Below are positions 15,657 to 26,179 of a stretch of DNA of 64,000 nt, piece by piece. Location of the stretch: the IMG/VR virus record IMGVR_UViG_3300010151_000008, positions 1 to 64,000 of that record; one strand, given 5' to 3'. Origin of the DNA: a virus. The notes beneath the pieces were generated by a model that saw only the letters and a program-made list of their open reading frames with translations, was not told the origin of the DNA and searched no databases. The position numbers and the translations under genes are program-made. The stretch's first letter is position 1. Each line of letters opens with the position of its first letter.

Positions 15657-16927
15657 GAAAAAATCTTTTAATAAGAGGCCCGGCCCTTTCAAGATCCGGC
15701 TACGGCGAACAGACACGATTTGCATTGAATGCGCTAAGAGCATACTCAGATATCTATGAAATATATTTGCAGAATATTGCATGGGGACAAACGGGCCACA
15801 TTAATGAAGATACTGAAGAAAAACAGTGGATAGAGGGTTTGTTACTAAAAACGGCCATGTATAAACAACAAGGAGGAACATATGATGTTTCTTTACAGGT
15901 AACCATACCCAATGAGTGGAAACACTTGGCTCCAATAAATATTGGTTATACGGCTGGTATAGAAACTACAAAGGTAGCTCCCGACTGGCTAGAAAAAGGC
16001 AACATGATGGACAAGGTAATCGTGGTGTCTAATCACTCGAAAGAGGTTTTTGAAGAAACTGTTTATAGTGCTGTACACCCAGATAAATCTGAGAAAATGG
16101 TAATTTTAAAATTAGAAACTCCTGTTGATGTTATAAACTATGCAGTCCGGAAAAATGAGCCCGCAGATCTAAATTTGGAACTAGATTATGATTTTAATTT
16201 CCTTTGTATGGCACAGTGGGGCCCCCGCAAAAACCTTAAAAATACAATAAAATGGTTTATGGAAGAAAATTTTGATCAAGAAGTCGGCCTCGTTGTAAAA
16301 ACCTTTCTAAGAAATAATTCTTTTATTGATCGCGAGCACGTCAATAATGCGCTAAGGCAAATTCTTAATGAGTTCGAAGATTCTAAATGCAAAATATATT
16401 TGCTTCATGGTGATATGAGCCAAGAGGAGCTGGCGGGCTTGTATACTCACCCGAAAATTAAAGCGATGGTGACAGCCACACACGGAGAGGGCTTTGGCTT
16501 GCCATTATTTGAAGCCGCGTGTCACGGATTGCCAGTTATAGCTCCCGGCTGGTCTGGCCAGCGAGACTTTTTGTATATGCCTGACCCGAAACGCAAAAAA
16601 GCAGGGAAAAAACGGGCCATGTTTGCAGAAGTAAAATACGACCTAAAGCCGGTACAGAAAGCGGCGCACTGGGAGGGAGTTATTCAGGAAGACTCTGATT
16701 GGTGTTATCCTCAAGAAAGTTCATTTAAGCGCCGGCTGAGGGAAGTAATCACCCGCTACCCCCAATTTAAAGGAAATGCCACTAAACTACAAAAGTGGAT
16801 TTTAGAAGAATTTTCTGAAGGTAAACAATATGATGCTTTTTACGAATCTATTGCCAAGGAAACCATATCGGCCACATTTTATGAAGATGCTCTCAAAGAT
16901 GTAGTCATTCAAACTTTAAAATTGTAG
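15653..16927 (+). CDS. Glycosyltransferase, GT-B/GT4 family
   Basis: SRSGYG; PRKN; THGEGFGLPLFEAACHGLPVIAPGWSG. Confidence 0.9.
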   Translation: MRKNLLIRGPALSRSGYGEQTRFALNALRAYSDIYEIYLQNIAWGQTGHINEDTEEKQWIEGLLLKTAMYKQQGGTYDVSLQVTIPNEWKHLAPINIGYTAGIETTKVAPDWLEKGNMMDKVIVVSNHSKEVFEETVYSAVHPDKSEKMVILKLETPVDVINYAVRKNEPADLNLELDYDFNFLCMAQWGPRKNLKNTIKWFMEENFDQEVGLVVKTFLRNNSFIDREHVNNALRQILNEFEDSKCKIYLLHGDMSQEELAGLYTHPKIKAMVTATHGEGFGLPLFEAACHGLPVIAPGWSGQRDFLYMPDPKRKKAGKKRAMFAEVKYDLKPVQKAAHWEGVIQEDSDWCYPQESSFKRRLREVITRYPQFKGNATKLQKWILEEFSEGKQYDAFYESIAKETISATFYEDALKDVVIQTLKL

Positions 16928-16936
16928 GGCACAAAG

Positions 16937-17593
16937 ATGGACTTAGGCATTATTCAAATAACTAATCATAATACCAAACGATTATCTCTTTTAATAGAAG
17001 AGATAATTCCCGAATGTATTAAAATTTCTAAGGGTAAATACACACTAGTCTCTCCCCCCAACGAGAAGTTGAAAAAATCAGTTGTAAACCAGGGTGGTAC
17101 TTTCTCACCCTATAATGCGTGGGATAAGGATATGTCTCACAAATGGAGACAAGGAATGGGCACTAGAAAAGAAGCATGGATAGGATTTTTTGCGGACGAT
17201 ATTTTGCCAGATGAGGAGTGGCTCACCGAGATGGAAAGTTTTTTGAAGAACAAACCACCGGGCCAATATGGTTTTCGTTTAACTGATGAGAATGACAAGC
17301 GCCATGAATTTGGAGAGGATTGGATGCAGTGTCCTCACCCACGTTTGGGGCTCCCCCATAGACCTTTAGCCTATAATATACAGACGGGAGAAGTAGAAAA
17401 TTCTCCAACTGCCTATGTGGCCAACTGTATAGTTCATCGCGATGTATTGTCTCAGGTTGAACCGTTTGGAATATACGGGAGCGCCCCAGATGTAGCGTGG
17501 AGCTTGGCGATTCGATCTTATGGGTACCCCGTCGGATTTAATCCAAAGGCTAGAGCATATCACTTAGGGAGTAGAGAGGACAACAGAAAATGA
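16937..17593 (+). CDS. Putative GT-A (GT2-like) glycosyltransferase
   Basis: WIGFFADDIL (DxD-like); CIVHRDVL...DVAWSLAIRSYGY...ARAYH. Confidence 0.65.
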   Translation: MDLGIIQITNHNTKRLSLLIEEIIPECIKISKGKYTLVSPPNEKLKKSVVNQGGTFSPYNAWDKDMSHKWRQGMGTRKEAWIGFFADDILPDEEWLTEMESFLKNKPPGQYGFRLTDENDKRHEFGEDWMQCPHPRLGLPHRPLAYNIQTGEVENSPTAYVANCIVHRDVLSQVEPFGIYGSAPDVAWSLAIRSYGYPVGFNPKARAYHLGSREDNRK

Positions 17594-17988
17594 TTCACCC
17601 AACAGCAAACATATATGATACTGCACAAATTGGAGAAGGCACAAAAATTGGAGCTTTTGCCGAAATAGGACATCATGTTATTATTGGGAAAAACTGTTCT
17701 ATTGGCTGTGGGGTCTTCATCCCAGAAAATGTTATTATTGAAGATAATGTTTTTGTTGGCCCCCATGCGGTTTTTACAAATGACAAATATGCTCCCTCAA
17801 AAGGAAAGTGGCGAGAGAATCCTCCCACTCATATCTTTGAGGGCGCTTCGATAGGGGCAAACTCTACTATTCTGCCCAACTTAACTATCGGACCCGGGTC
17901 TATAATTGGCGCCGGCAGCGTCGTTACTAAAAATGTAGAAGACGGCACCATTGTGGTCGGAAACCCGGCAGCGAGACTTTCGAAATGA
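17590..17988 (+). CDS. Hexapeptide-repeat sugar N-acetyltransferase (WbpD/WlbB-like)
   Basis: IHPTA; LbH repeats; GPHAVFTNDKY; IGAGSVVTKNV; VGNPA. Confidence 0.88.
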   Translation: MIHPTANIYDTAQIGEGTKIGAFAEIGHHVIIGKNCSIGCGVFIPENVIIEDNVFVGPHAVFTNDKYAPSKGKWRENPPTHIFEGASIGANSTILPNLTIGPGSIIGAGSVVTKNVEDGTIVVGNPAARLSK

Positions 17989-18836
17989 CTAAAACAAGTA
18001 CACCTGAGCCTCGATCAGCTATCTTTAGAGGAAACGGCAGGGCTTTAGTAGAATTCCGAGAATATACTACTTTTATAAAAGATGTGATGGGAGATGGTGT
18101 TCAAAATATTACATTTGGAGAGTTGGCACAGAAGAAGAATATTAAAAAGAAATCTGTTATCTTGCGTCATGACGTTGATCATGATTTAGATATGGCAGTT
18201 GCTATGGCCAAAATAGAGCAAGAGGCCGGCCTAAAATCTACATATTTTTTATTACCCGATCATATTTCTAATCGAACTGGAAAAATATATTTTGATTATA
18301 CCGATAAATTTTTAGCTAAATGTAGGGAGATTCAAAATGCGGGGCAAGATATTGGACTTCATAACAACTTTTTGACTACCCACATTAAAACCGGCAAAAA
18401 GGTACACGACATTATTAGTAAGCCTTTAAGTTATTTACGAGACAATGATATAGAAGTGCTGGGAACAGCTTGTCACGGTGACCCCCTTTGTTATACTAAA
18501 AATTATTATAATTACGAAGTGTGGAAGGAATTTGATCCCAAACTAACAGAGCAGCGATCAAGGGGGGAATATCCCACGGTTTCGTTTGCTGATTATGGTT
18601 TTATTTATGAATCATATTTTATAGACTATGACTATTATGTTTCTGATTCGGGGGGATCTTTTCGAGGAGCTGATTTTACTACATCAAAAAAGAAATTGTT
18701 TGAAAGGGCTGTAAAACATCCAAACGTGAATATAGGTTTGCAGGCCATTAATCGCTTCAAATTGTCGACCAACAAAGTCGACACTATACAAATATTGACT
18801 CATCCGTGTTGGTGGGGCCTGTATAAGGTACCCTAA
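17985..18836 (+). CDS. Polysaccharide deacetylase-like protein (CE4/WbmS-like)
   Basis: LRHDVD; STYFL; IGLH; YVSDSGG; ILTHPCWW. Confidence 0.8.
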   Translation: MTKTSTPEPRSAIFRGNGRALVEFREYTTFIKDVMGDGVQNITFGELAQKKNIKKKSVILRHDVDHDLDMAVAMAKIEQEAGLKSTYFLLPDHISNRTGKIYFDYTDKFLAKCREIQNAGQDIGLHNNFLTTHIKTGKKVHDIISKPLSYLRDNDIEVLGTACHGDPLCYTKNYYNYEVWKEFDPKLTEQRSRGEYPTVSFADYGFIYESYFIDYDYYVSDSGGSFRGADFTTSKKKLFERAVKHPNVNIGLQAINRFKLSTNKVDTIQILTHPCWWGLYKVP

Positions 18837-18848
18837 GAAGAGAAAAAA

Positions 18849-19703
18849 ATGTCAGAAATAATATTAACTGTGGCTCTCCCAATCTGGCAAATGGCAGATA
18901 TTGCTTGGTTGCCTCTTGAGGGGCTGATTCGTCAAGAAGCTGTGGATTTCAAATGGGAGCTAATTATAGCGGAAGAAAGGGAGGGAGCCTTCGGCCTAGA
19001 AGAAATATCTAAATATAAAGATGGCCTTCGGGAAAAAGGGTGCGCACAAATAAAATATATAGGATTAGAGCAGTGGACGCCGTTATCTAAAAAGTGGTTC
19101 TCAATGGGCCTCGGCGCCGCGCCGACTTCAAAGTATTTCTTATTGCACGGCGCCGATAGTTATTCTCCCTCTCGCCGTCTCCGAGAAACAAAAGATATAT
19201 TTGAAGAAACTGATTGTGATTGGGTAGATACGGATCATAGCTATTGGTACGAGATCAATATGGGAAAATATTTTTATTGGCATAGCCCTTCGGATCATTA
19301 CATCCAACAACCACTACCACGCTGCATGTACATGGCGCTACGCACAGACCAACTTCGGGAGGTTGCAACGACCTACAAAGGAGACGCCTATATTCAACCC
19401 GCACACCGCTCATCTATCCGCGGTTTCCCCCGCAAGAGTGTAGACGGTTGGTTGGGGAAGCTTTTACGAAATAACAAGCCCTCGATAACTGCAGCAAAAA
19501 ATGAATCAGATAATTGGAAGACGGGGCTTGAAACGAATGGCCAGAACAAAATTTCTACAGATCGTCACCTTTATATGAAAGCACAAATGTGGCCCTTCAA
19601 TCAACCAATAAAAGAATCAACAGAAGTCCTAGAGTCTCGTTACGATAAAAAAATTCTACAAAGACTCAGAGATATTAAGACTGTGGGAGCTTGGTTAGTT
19701 TAA
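18849..19703 (+). CDS. Putative GT-A glycosyltransferase
   Basis: LTVALP...WELIIAEE; HGADSYS-x-x-x-RL. Confidence 0.65.
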   Translation: MSEIILTVALPIWQMADIAWLPLEGLIRQEAVDFKWELIIAEEREGAFGLEEISKYKDGLREKGCAQIKYIGLEQWTPLSKKWFSMGLGAAPTSKYFLLHGADSYSPSRRLRETKDIFEETDCDWVDTDHSYWYEINMGKYFYWHSPSDHYIQQPLPRCMYMALRTDQLREVATTYKGDAYIQPAHRSSIRGFPRKSVDGWLGKLLRNNKPSITAAKNESDNWKTGLETNGQNKISTDRHLYMKAQMWPFNQPIKESTEVLESRYDKKILQRLRDIKTVGAWLV

Positions 19704-20440
19704 TGACATTTAAAAAAATATTTATAAGTTCCTCGGGTCGATCTGGATCTAATGCTTTGGCATTGGCGTTTAAAAAGCTAGACGGTGTGGATTCTTATCA
19801 CGGACCTAATGTTTTTGAAAGAGAAAATTGTTTAAAATATCATGGAAAACTGTCTGAAAGGGATATTAGCACCATGCTGTCTCAAAAAAGAGATGGCTTA
19901 TTATTAGAGTCTCGCAATAACAACCACCATTATATAGAAAGTTCATGGTTTTTGTCGGCCATGCTGGAAGATATTGTAAAAAAATATCCCGATGCTCTAA
20001 TCGTTCATTTGGTGCGCGACGGCCGAGATTTTGTTCGATCGGGTATGAATCGGTTTTGGTTTAAGCCGGGAGCCCTATCACGATATAACTCGTGGACCCG
20101 CGATCGCTGGAATCCTCCGGGAGACTGTATTACACGTTTTGAAAAAATTAGTTGGCTATGGGCTGAGCAACAACGAACTCAACGGCTTTCTATGGAAAAA
20201 ATACCTAAGAAAAACAACGGGGGAACAATTCGACTTGAAGATCTGATAGCCCAAAAAAATATTAATTGGTTTGCAGATAGAATAGGATTACCACATAGTG
20301 GCGACATTATTCTTGAAAAGACTAACAAATCTAAAAATGCTCATGTTATATCTCCATGGCAAGAATGGGATACAGAGCATATTAGCCAAGCTCGTCGGTG
20401 GATGGACGCCGAACTAAGGGAGTATAATTATGAGTGGTAA
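19703..20440 (+). CDS. Sulfotransferase-family protein
   Basis: SSGRSGS PAPS loop; IVHLVRDGRDFVRS; IRLEDL. Confidence 0.85.
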   Translation: MTFKKIFISSSGRSGSNALALAFKKLDGVDSYHGPNVFERENCLKYHGKLSERDISTMLSQKRDGLLLESRNNNHHYIESSWFLSAMLEDIVKKYPDALIVHLVRDGRDFVRSGMNRFWFKPGALSRYNSWTRDRWNPPGDCITRFEKISWLWAEQQRTQRLSMEKIPKKNNGGTIRLEDLIAQKNINWFADRIGLPHSGDIILEKTNKSKNAHVISPWQEWDTEHISQARRWMDAELREYNYEW

Positions 20441-21237
20441 AATTATTTATTGGGAGTGGAAAAGTGCAAATATATGAAATTACACTAGCTAGCGGGATAA
20501 AGTTGACGACTAGAAATCGTGCGTCCCTGGAGGCAGATCTTCAAAGTAGGTATTTATGTTGTCACTATGAATTGACTCGATTTCCTATTAAAAAATATTC
20601 TACCTGCAATCAGCATAAAGACAATTTGACAAATCTTGAAGTTTCTGAAGATGCACGCAAGAGCTTACTCGAAACATTTCCCGTTCAAAAAAATGATACC
20701 GTAGTAGAGTTGGGAGCCTACCAAGGATTCGGGACCCTGCGCTTATCAGAGATGGTAGGGGACAACGGCTTAGTATTAGCCGTTGAGGCGGATGAAGCCA
20801 ATTACAAAGTGCTTAAAAGGAACATGGAGAACAATAATATTAAAAACGTTATTCCTGTTAACGCTTCTATTTGGGGAGCCGAAGAAGAGAAAACCATGTA
20901 TATAGCCGGCGGAGCTGGTTCACAACGACGAAGTCTAACTCAAGGGTTAGTCCCGGCTCATCAAACACAAAGAGTTCAAACAAGAACTGTAGATAGTTTG
21001 CTTGAAGAATATGATATTAAAAATGTAGATTTTGTAACAATGGAAATCAATCTAGCAGAATATCCTGCATTGTCGGGGATGCAACGAATTTTAGAACAAG
21101 AAACATTTCGGATTGTCTCTGCCGGCTGGTATTCGCTAGAAGGACAACCGGCTGGTTATTTGATGAAAGAAAAACTTGAAAGCTGCGGAGCCACAGTGTT
21201 TCTTGGAGTAAAAAATCGTGTTTATGCTATTAAGTAG
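20434..21237 (+). CDS. FkbM-family methyltransferase
   Basis: VVELGAYQG; VLAVEA; TVDSLL; VDFVTMEI-x-x-AE-x-x-AL-x-G. Confidence 0.85.
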   Translation: MVKLFIGSGKVQIYEITLASGIKLTTRNRASLEADLQSRYLCCHYELTRFPIKKYSTCNQHKDNLTNLEVSEDARKSLLETFPVQKNDTVVELGAYQGFGTLRLSEMVGDNGLVLAVEADEANYKVLKRNMENNNIKNVIPVNASIWGAEEEKTMYIAGGAGSQRRSLTQGLVPAHQTQRVQTRTVDSLLEEYDIKNVDFVTMEINLAEYPALSGMQRILEQETFRIVSAGWYSLEGQPAGYLMKEKLESCGATVFLGVKNRVYAIK

Positions 21238-21260
21238 ACATTAAGCGGGGGGTAATAAAG

Positions 21261-22115
21261 ATGAAAAATAGAATGACAGTGATTACATGGGACGCCGGAT
21301 ATAGAGAAAATATGAGAGATGGATTAGAATGTTTGAAAAAACAGACAGTTTTAGATCAGTTTGAATGTATTCATGTTGAATGGGGTTCTGCTCCAAATCC
21401 TATATTGTTAGAATATGATTTTATTAAGGTATGTTGTCTGAATCTACCATTAGTAAAACGGAAGAGTTATCCCTCCTTTGACACTGGCATTCAATGGAAT
21501 TTCGGACTCCATATTGCTAAAACCCCATGGGTTAGTTATAACCATTTGGATATATTCGCTAGAGATTTTTATGAAAAATTATTAAATAAAATCAATCTTT
21601 TAGAGTCACAGAATTCCAAGATTATCTATCTTGAAGGATGGCAGGTGAACCATAAGAGGTCGCATTCTTTAGACTGGAGGATGAAAGAATATAGTAACCT
21701 AAAAAAAGAACTTGGCAACGATTTAGATTTGTTGCCTTATAAATATGAGGGCCGAGCAAAAAAAAACCCATCTCCAAACGGGGTTGGAATTACGGTGAAA
21801 AAGCAAAATTTTATAAATGAATATGATGGCTGGATGTGGAATGTGGCTAATAGATCTGAATGGTGGTCGGGCCCGAGCCATCCACAAAAACAATATCTCC
21901 ATAAAGGAGTCCGAGATTTTTTGAAATCTAACAACCGCGCCCTATTGGCACAAAAAAATATGGTTCAGTTTGCGATACCTCACCCCACTCCTCCAAACCG
22001 CAATAATCTAAAAAAATCTCTTTATGGGAAAGGGATGAAACATTATAGTGACTTTATAAAAGAATGGATTCCTACCCACCGCGATCAATTAAACAACGGA
22101 GAAGAAAATGGATAA
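21261..22115 (+). CDS. Divergent glycosyltransferase-like protein
   Basis: LKKQT...ECIHVEWGS...WNFGLHIAKTPWVSYNHLD resembles a GT2 N-terminus. Confidence 0.55.
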   Translation: MKNRMTVITWDAGYRENMRDGLECLKKQTVLDQFECIHVEWGSAPNPILLEYDFIKVCCLNLPLVKRKSYPSFDTGIQWNFGLHIAKTPWVSYNHLDIFARDFYEKLLNKINLLESQNSKIIYLEGWQVNHKRSHSLDWRMKEYSNLKKELGNDLDLLPYKYEGRAKKNPSPNGVGITVKKQNFINEYDGWMWNVANRSEWWSGPSHPQKQYLHKGVRDFLKSNNRALLAQKNMVQFAIPHPTPPNRNNLKKSLYGKGMKHYSDFIKEWIPTHRDQLNNGEENG

Positions 22116-22635
22116 AATACGAAATGCCCCTTGGTTCGTGGATGAAGCCGTAGACTTTTTAGCCGAACAAATTCAGAAGGGAACTATTAAAAAAATTTTA
22201 GAATTCGGATCTGGAGCAAGCACTGTGTGGTTTTCTAGTCGAGTTGATGTTCTGATATCTGTGGAACACAGCAAAGAGTGGCATACAAAAATTTCAAATC
22301 TCATCACGCCCCGAAGTGGCATCGATCTTCGTCTACGGCCCCAACCCTATAATACTGTCTGTGAAGAGACTCTTCCAGAGAAGGAGTTTGATTTGGTAGT
22401 TATCGATGGCCGCGATCGTGTGGCTTGTACTCAATCAGCTTATCAAATGATCCGCCCCGGCGGATTTTTACTGTTGGACAATTCGGATTTATTCACAACG
22501 TGGGCGCCCCCGATCTTTGATTTATTAAAATCTTGGGATAAAATTACCTGGGTTCAGAAAGGCCCCGATCAAGAAGGATATAGCGCCCCCGAAGGAATTG
22601 AATGGGAGACTACTGTTTTCTTTAAGGGGATATAA
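22108..22635 (+). CDS. Class I SAM-dependent methyltransferase
   Basis: ILEFGSGAST; SVEH; FDLVVIDGRDR; PGGFLLLDNS. Confidence 0.85.
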   Translation: MDKIRNAPWFVDEAVDFLAEQIQKGTIKKILEFGSGASTVWFSSRVDVLISVEHSKEWHTKISNLITPRSGIDLRLRPQPYNTVCEETLPEKEFDLVVIDGRDRVACTQSAYQMIRPGGFLLLDNSDLFTTWAPPIFDLLKSWDKITWVQKGPDQEGYSAPEGIEWETTVFFKGI

Positions 22636-22637
22636 AA

Positions 22638-23744
22638 ATGAAAGTGTCACAGTTCGAACCCTTTATAGGAATGGAAGAATATGAAGCAATTAAGGATTGC
22701 TTTGACAAAAAATGGATAACAGAAGGCCCAAAGGCAGCAGAATTTTCACAGTCGCTGTGCGGTTTAATTGGGGCTAAGTACGGAGTTTTTGCACCAAATG
22801 GAACATTGGCCTTATATCTTGCCCTTAAATCTTTAGGAATAGGCCCCGGAGATGAAGTAATAGTTCCCAATTTCACCTTTATCGCTTCGGCTAATTCTGT
22901 TGAGATGATTGGCGCAACCCCCGTTTTTGTTGATATAAATTTGCAAACTTTACAAATTGATGTTCAGGACTGCTATCGTGCTCTCACAAAAAGTACGAAA
23001 GCCATAATGCCAGTACATATTTATGGCGCCTCCGCAGACATGTCAAGAGTGATGGCTTTCGCAAAAGAAAATAATCTCTTAGTTATTGAAGATGCTGCCC
23101 AAGCGCTGGGTGTCAAGTGGGCTGGGAAAGGGTGTGGGAGTTTTGGAGATGCGGCCACTTTTTCTTTCTTTGCTGATAAAACACTAACGACTGGAGAAGG
23201 CGGATTTGTTACCACGAATAACAAGGAAATTTATGATCGCCTGAGACTTTTCAGAAATCAGGGCCGCTTTCACCGAGGCACCTTCCAACATCCAGCAATT
23301 GGTTATAATTTTAGAATGACAGACATTCAGATGGCAATTGGCCTGGCACAGCTTAAAAAATTTGATATTATTGTTGAAAAGAAAAATAAGATCCTTAATT
23401 TATATAGGAACTTATTGTCGGATGTAGAAGACTTAAAAATAATGACTCCATCGGAAGAAGTATCTCCCTTTATTCCCTTTCGAGTAATATTGATGGGGCG
23501 ACAACTTTCTGGAAATTTAATGGAGTTTATGAAAAGAAATGATATAGAAACTAGAACTCTTTTTTACCCGCTCCACCGCCAACCTTGTTTTAAAGGAAGA
23601 TGGTCGACCCCCGGTGATGAGTGTTTTAAAAATTCGATTCACGCTTATGAACATGGAATTTGTTTGCCTTCTTATCCATCCCTTGAAGAAGAAAAGATTG
23701 AATATGTTTGTCATAAAATAAGGAATTTTTATAGTGCAATATAG
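22638..23744 (+). CDS. DegT/DnrJ/EryC1/StrS sugar aminotransferase
   Basis: NGTLAL; GDEVIVP; PVHIYG; IEDAAQALG; SFFADKTLTTGEGG; GYNFRM. Confidence 0.93.
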   Translation: MKVSQFEPFIGMEEYEAIKDCFDKKWITEGPKAAEFSQSLCGLIGAKYGVFAPNGTLALYLALKSLGIGPGDEVIVPNFTFIASANSVEMIGATPVFVDINLQTLQIDVQDCYRALTKSTKAIMPVHIYGASADMSRVMAFAKENNLLVIEDAAQALGVKWAGKGCGSFGDAATFSFFADKTLTTGEGGFVTTNNKEIYDRLRLFRNQGRFHRGTFQHPAIGYNFRMTDIQMAIGLAQLKKFDIIVEKKNKILNLYRNLLSDVEDLKIMTPSEEVSPFIPFRVILMGRQLSGNLMEFMKRNDIETRTLFYPLHRQPCFKGRWSTPGDECFKNSIHAYEHGICLPSYPSLEEEKIEYVCHKIRNFYSAI

Positions 23745-24498
23745 TGTAAAATTAGCCACATATTATGATTTAATTTTCACACACAAAAACTATAAAAAAG
23801 AGGTTGATTTTATTAAGAAAATGTGTTATTGTAAAGATACAAACTTGGTATTGGATGTCGGTTGTGGAACGGGTACTCATTCTATTCTACTAGCTGAAGA
23901 GGAAGAAACAAATTTTGTTTTAGGTATTGACGAATCAAAAAATATGATAAAAGTGGCCAGCGAAAAGTGTCCAACCTCGACAAAAATAAAATTTGTTTCA
24001 CAGCCCTTGGGTGATGTTCCTGAAACAAATTTTGATGTGATAATAAGTATGTTTAATGTCATAAATCATATTTCTAGTTTGGAGGATATCCGCGAGTTTT
24101 TTAGAGAAGTTTCTAAAAGGCTAGATAGGAAAGGTTCTTTTATTTTTGATTGCTGGAATGGAGCAGCCACGCTTCGGGATCCCCCGTCTAGAGAAAGGCG
24201 CAGCAGACTCAGTACTGATAAGATGTCTATTATCACTACTTGTACACCAGAAATAAATTTCATGGAATCTCAGATTACTATGAATAATGAGATAGAGATT
24301 TTCAAGTCGGGTGTAGTTGTTGATTCATTCGATTATAGTTTGAAACACACCATCTGGACACCAAAGACAATAGAAGATTTATTGAGATCGGCCGGCTTTA
24401 AACACATAAGAATCAATAAACATTTTATTGATGAACCGGCAAGTAGTGATGATTATAAGCTCGTTTATATATGTAAACTTGAAGAAGGGAGCGATTGA
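23734..24498 (+). CDS. SAM-dependent methyltransferase (sugar N-methyltransferase-like)
   Basis: YYDLIF..KNYKKE; VLDVGCGTG; FIFDCWNG. Confidence 0.85.
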   Translation: MQYSVKLATYYDLIFTHKNYKKEVDFIKKMCYCKDTNLVLDVGCGTGTHSILLAEEEETNFVLGIDESKNMIKVASEKCPTSTKIKFVSQPLGDVPETNFDVIISMFNVINHISSLEDIREFFREVSKRLDRKGSFIFDCWNGAATLRDPPSRERRSRLSTDKMSIITTCTPEINFMESQITMNNEIEIFKSGVVVDSFDYSLKHTIWTPKTIEDLLRSAGFKHIRINKHFIDEPASSDDYKLVYICKLEEGSD

Positions 24499-24499
24499 G

Positions 24500-24925
24500 A
24501 TGGAAAGAATTTATTCAAAAGTAGAACCAGATTTATTATTACTAGTAATAGGACGCCACGCCGACATAGATAAAAGTAGAACAGATTTCAGCCCAGCCCA
24601 TGAGTATATGCAGGTATCCGCTAAAAAATTATCCACGGGGACCTCCTTTTTACCTCACAAACACAACAAAATTTTAAGGACTTCGGACATAACTCAGGAA
24701 GCTTGGGTCTTCTTGAGTGGCAAAGTCACAGCCAGGTTTTGGGATATTGATGATTCTATTATATTTGAAACAGACTTAGGCGCCGGCGACTCAGCAGTTG
24801 TCTTTCGAGCGGGCCACAGTTTTGAAGTTTTAGAAGATAATACTATTTTGTATGAATTTAAAACTGGGCCCTATTATGGCCAAGAGAAGGACAAGACTTA
24901 TATACTAGAAGGAGAATCAGAATGA
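24500..24925 (+). CDS. Cupin-fold protein (WbuC-like)
   Basis: PHKH...QE...GHSF...EFKTGPY...DK; start at ATG 24500. Confidence 0.75.
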   Translation: MERIYSKVEPDLLLLVIGRHADIDKSRTDFSPAHEYMQVSAKKLSTGTSFLPHKHNKILRTSDITQEAWVFLSGKVTARFWDIDDSIIFETDLGAGDSAVVFRAGHSFEVLEDNTILYEFKTGPYYGQEKDKTYILEGESE

Positions 24926-25473
24926 AAATAAAACTACATTTAGGCTGTGGCGATAGACACATACCAGGCTTTATCAATATAGATATACGAAAAAGCGCCG
25001 CTGTCGACTTAATCTCTGATATATCCAAAGATTTGCCGTACAAAGACGCTAGTGTAGATTTGATATATTCTTGTGCCAATATCGAACATTTTGGCCGAAA
25101 GGAATGGAAAGAAGTTATACAATACTGGTTTAAGTTATTAAAGCCAAATGGCGTCTTAAGATTGTCGACAGCTGATTTTAAATCAGTATGTGATGAATAC
25201 CTGAAAAATGGGGAAGTTGAAAAATTATTTGGCTTTATCGTCGGTGGACAAAAAAATGATTATGATTGGCACGGCATGGTTTTTGATTTTAGGTTTTTAG
25301 AGAGAGAGTTAAAAAAAATAGGTTTTAAAGATGTTGTTAAATATAGTTGGGATGAAACTGAACATTCTCACATCGATGATTATAGTTCTGCATATTTGCC
25401 GCACATGGACAAAGAAAAAGGAAGATTAATGATGTTAAATATTGAAGCCACGAAGAGCGGTGAAGATGAATAA
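24922..25473 (+). CDS. SAM-dependent methyltransferase (type 11-like)
   Basis: KLHLGCG; LPY-x-D-x-SVDLIY; IEHF; LKPNGVLRLS. Confidence 0.85.
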   Translation: MKIKLHLGCGDRHIPGFINIDIRKSAAVDLISDISKDLPYKDASVDLIYSCANIEHFGRKEWKEVIQYWFKLLKPNGVLRLSTADFKSVCDEYLKNGEVEKLFGFIVGGQKNDYDWHGMVFDFRFLERELKKIGFKDVVKYSWDETEHSHIDDYSSAYLPHMDKEKGRLMMLNIEATKSGEDE

Positions 25474-26170
25474 ATCAAATATACTACTTTGCTCATACCC
25501 TCGGTCTGGTTCTTCGTATTTGAGGTTTTTGATAGATAATAATACTGATTACTGTATTGGGACATTATATTCTCATAATGATTTTGATATTAGGCAAACA
25601 TCGGAAGTGTTAGGTAAGCCATTGATTGCTTCTAAGACTCATTTCCCGACTAATGGAAAATGCCTGCCTTCAAACAAATTTACTTCTGTTGGAAAGAATC
25701 ATGGAAATAATTTTGCAAACTCTAAATTGGCTGTTTTAATTAGAAATCCTCACGATACTCTTAAGAGTCAATTGCTTCTCCATAGTAAAGTGCCCCATTC
25801 TTTGATTGATGATTACATTGATATTTTTTGCGAGGATTGGAATAAGTGGATTTCATATTATGAAAAAGTCGAGTGTGTCGATAAAAGATTTTATACTTAC
25901 GAACAATTAAGTATACATTGTTATGATACCGTATGTGATATATGCGAATATCTTAATATCGAAGTGAAGGATAATTTTAAAAATGTTGACAGAAAAGAGA
26001 GTGTGCGTCGTGTGTTATCGGCCCGCTGTCGCAATCCTAAATTTATAGGGGAATGTAAAATTTTGAATTATAAGAGTTTTTTTTCCCCTGATCAATGTAA
26101 GCGCATATATCAATTATGTAAGCGCAATATAACTAATTATTTTTCTTTTTTAGAAGAATATGATAACTAA
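25466..26170 (+). CDS. Sulfotransferase-domain protein
   Basis: SYPRSGS; KTH; IRNPHDTLKS; YEQL. Confidence 0.85.
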   Translation: MNKSNILLCSYPRSGSSYLRFLIDNNTDYCIGTLYSHNDFDIRQTSEVLGKPLIASKTHFPTNGKCLPSNKFTSVGKNHGNNFANSKLAVLIRNPHDTLKSQLLLHSKVPHSLIDDYIDIFCEDWNKWISYYEKVECVDKRFYTYEQLSIHCYDTVCDICEYLNIEVKDNFKNVDRKESVRRVLSARCRNPKFIGECKILNYKSFFSPDQCKRIYQLCKRNITNYFSFLEEYDN

Positions 26171-26179
26171 GAAGGTAAA

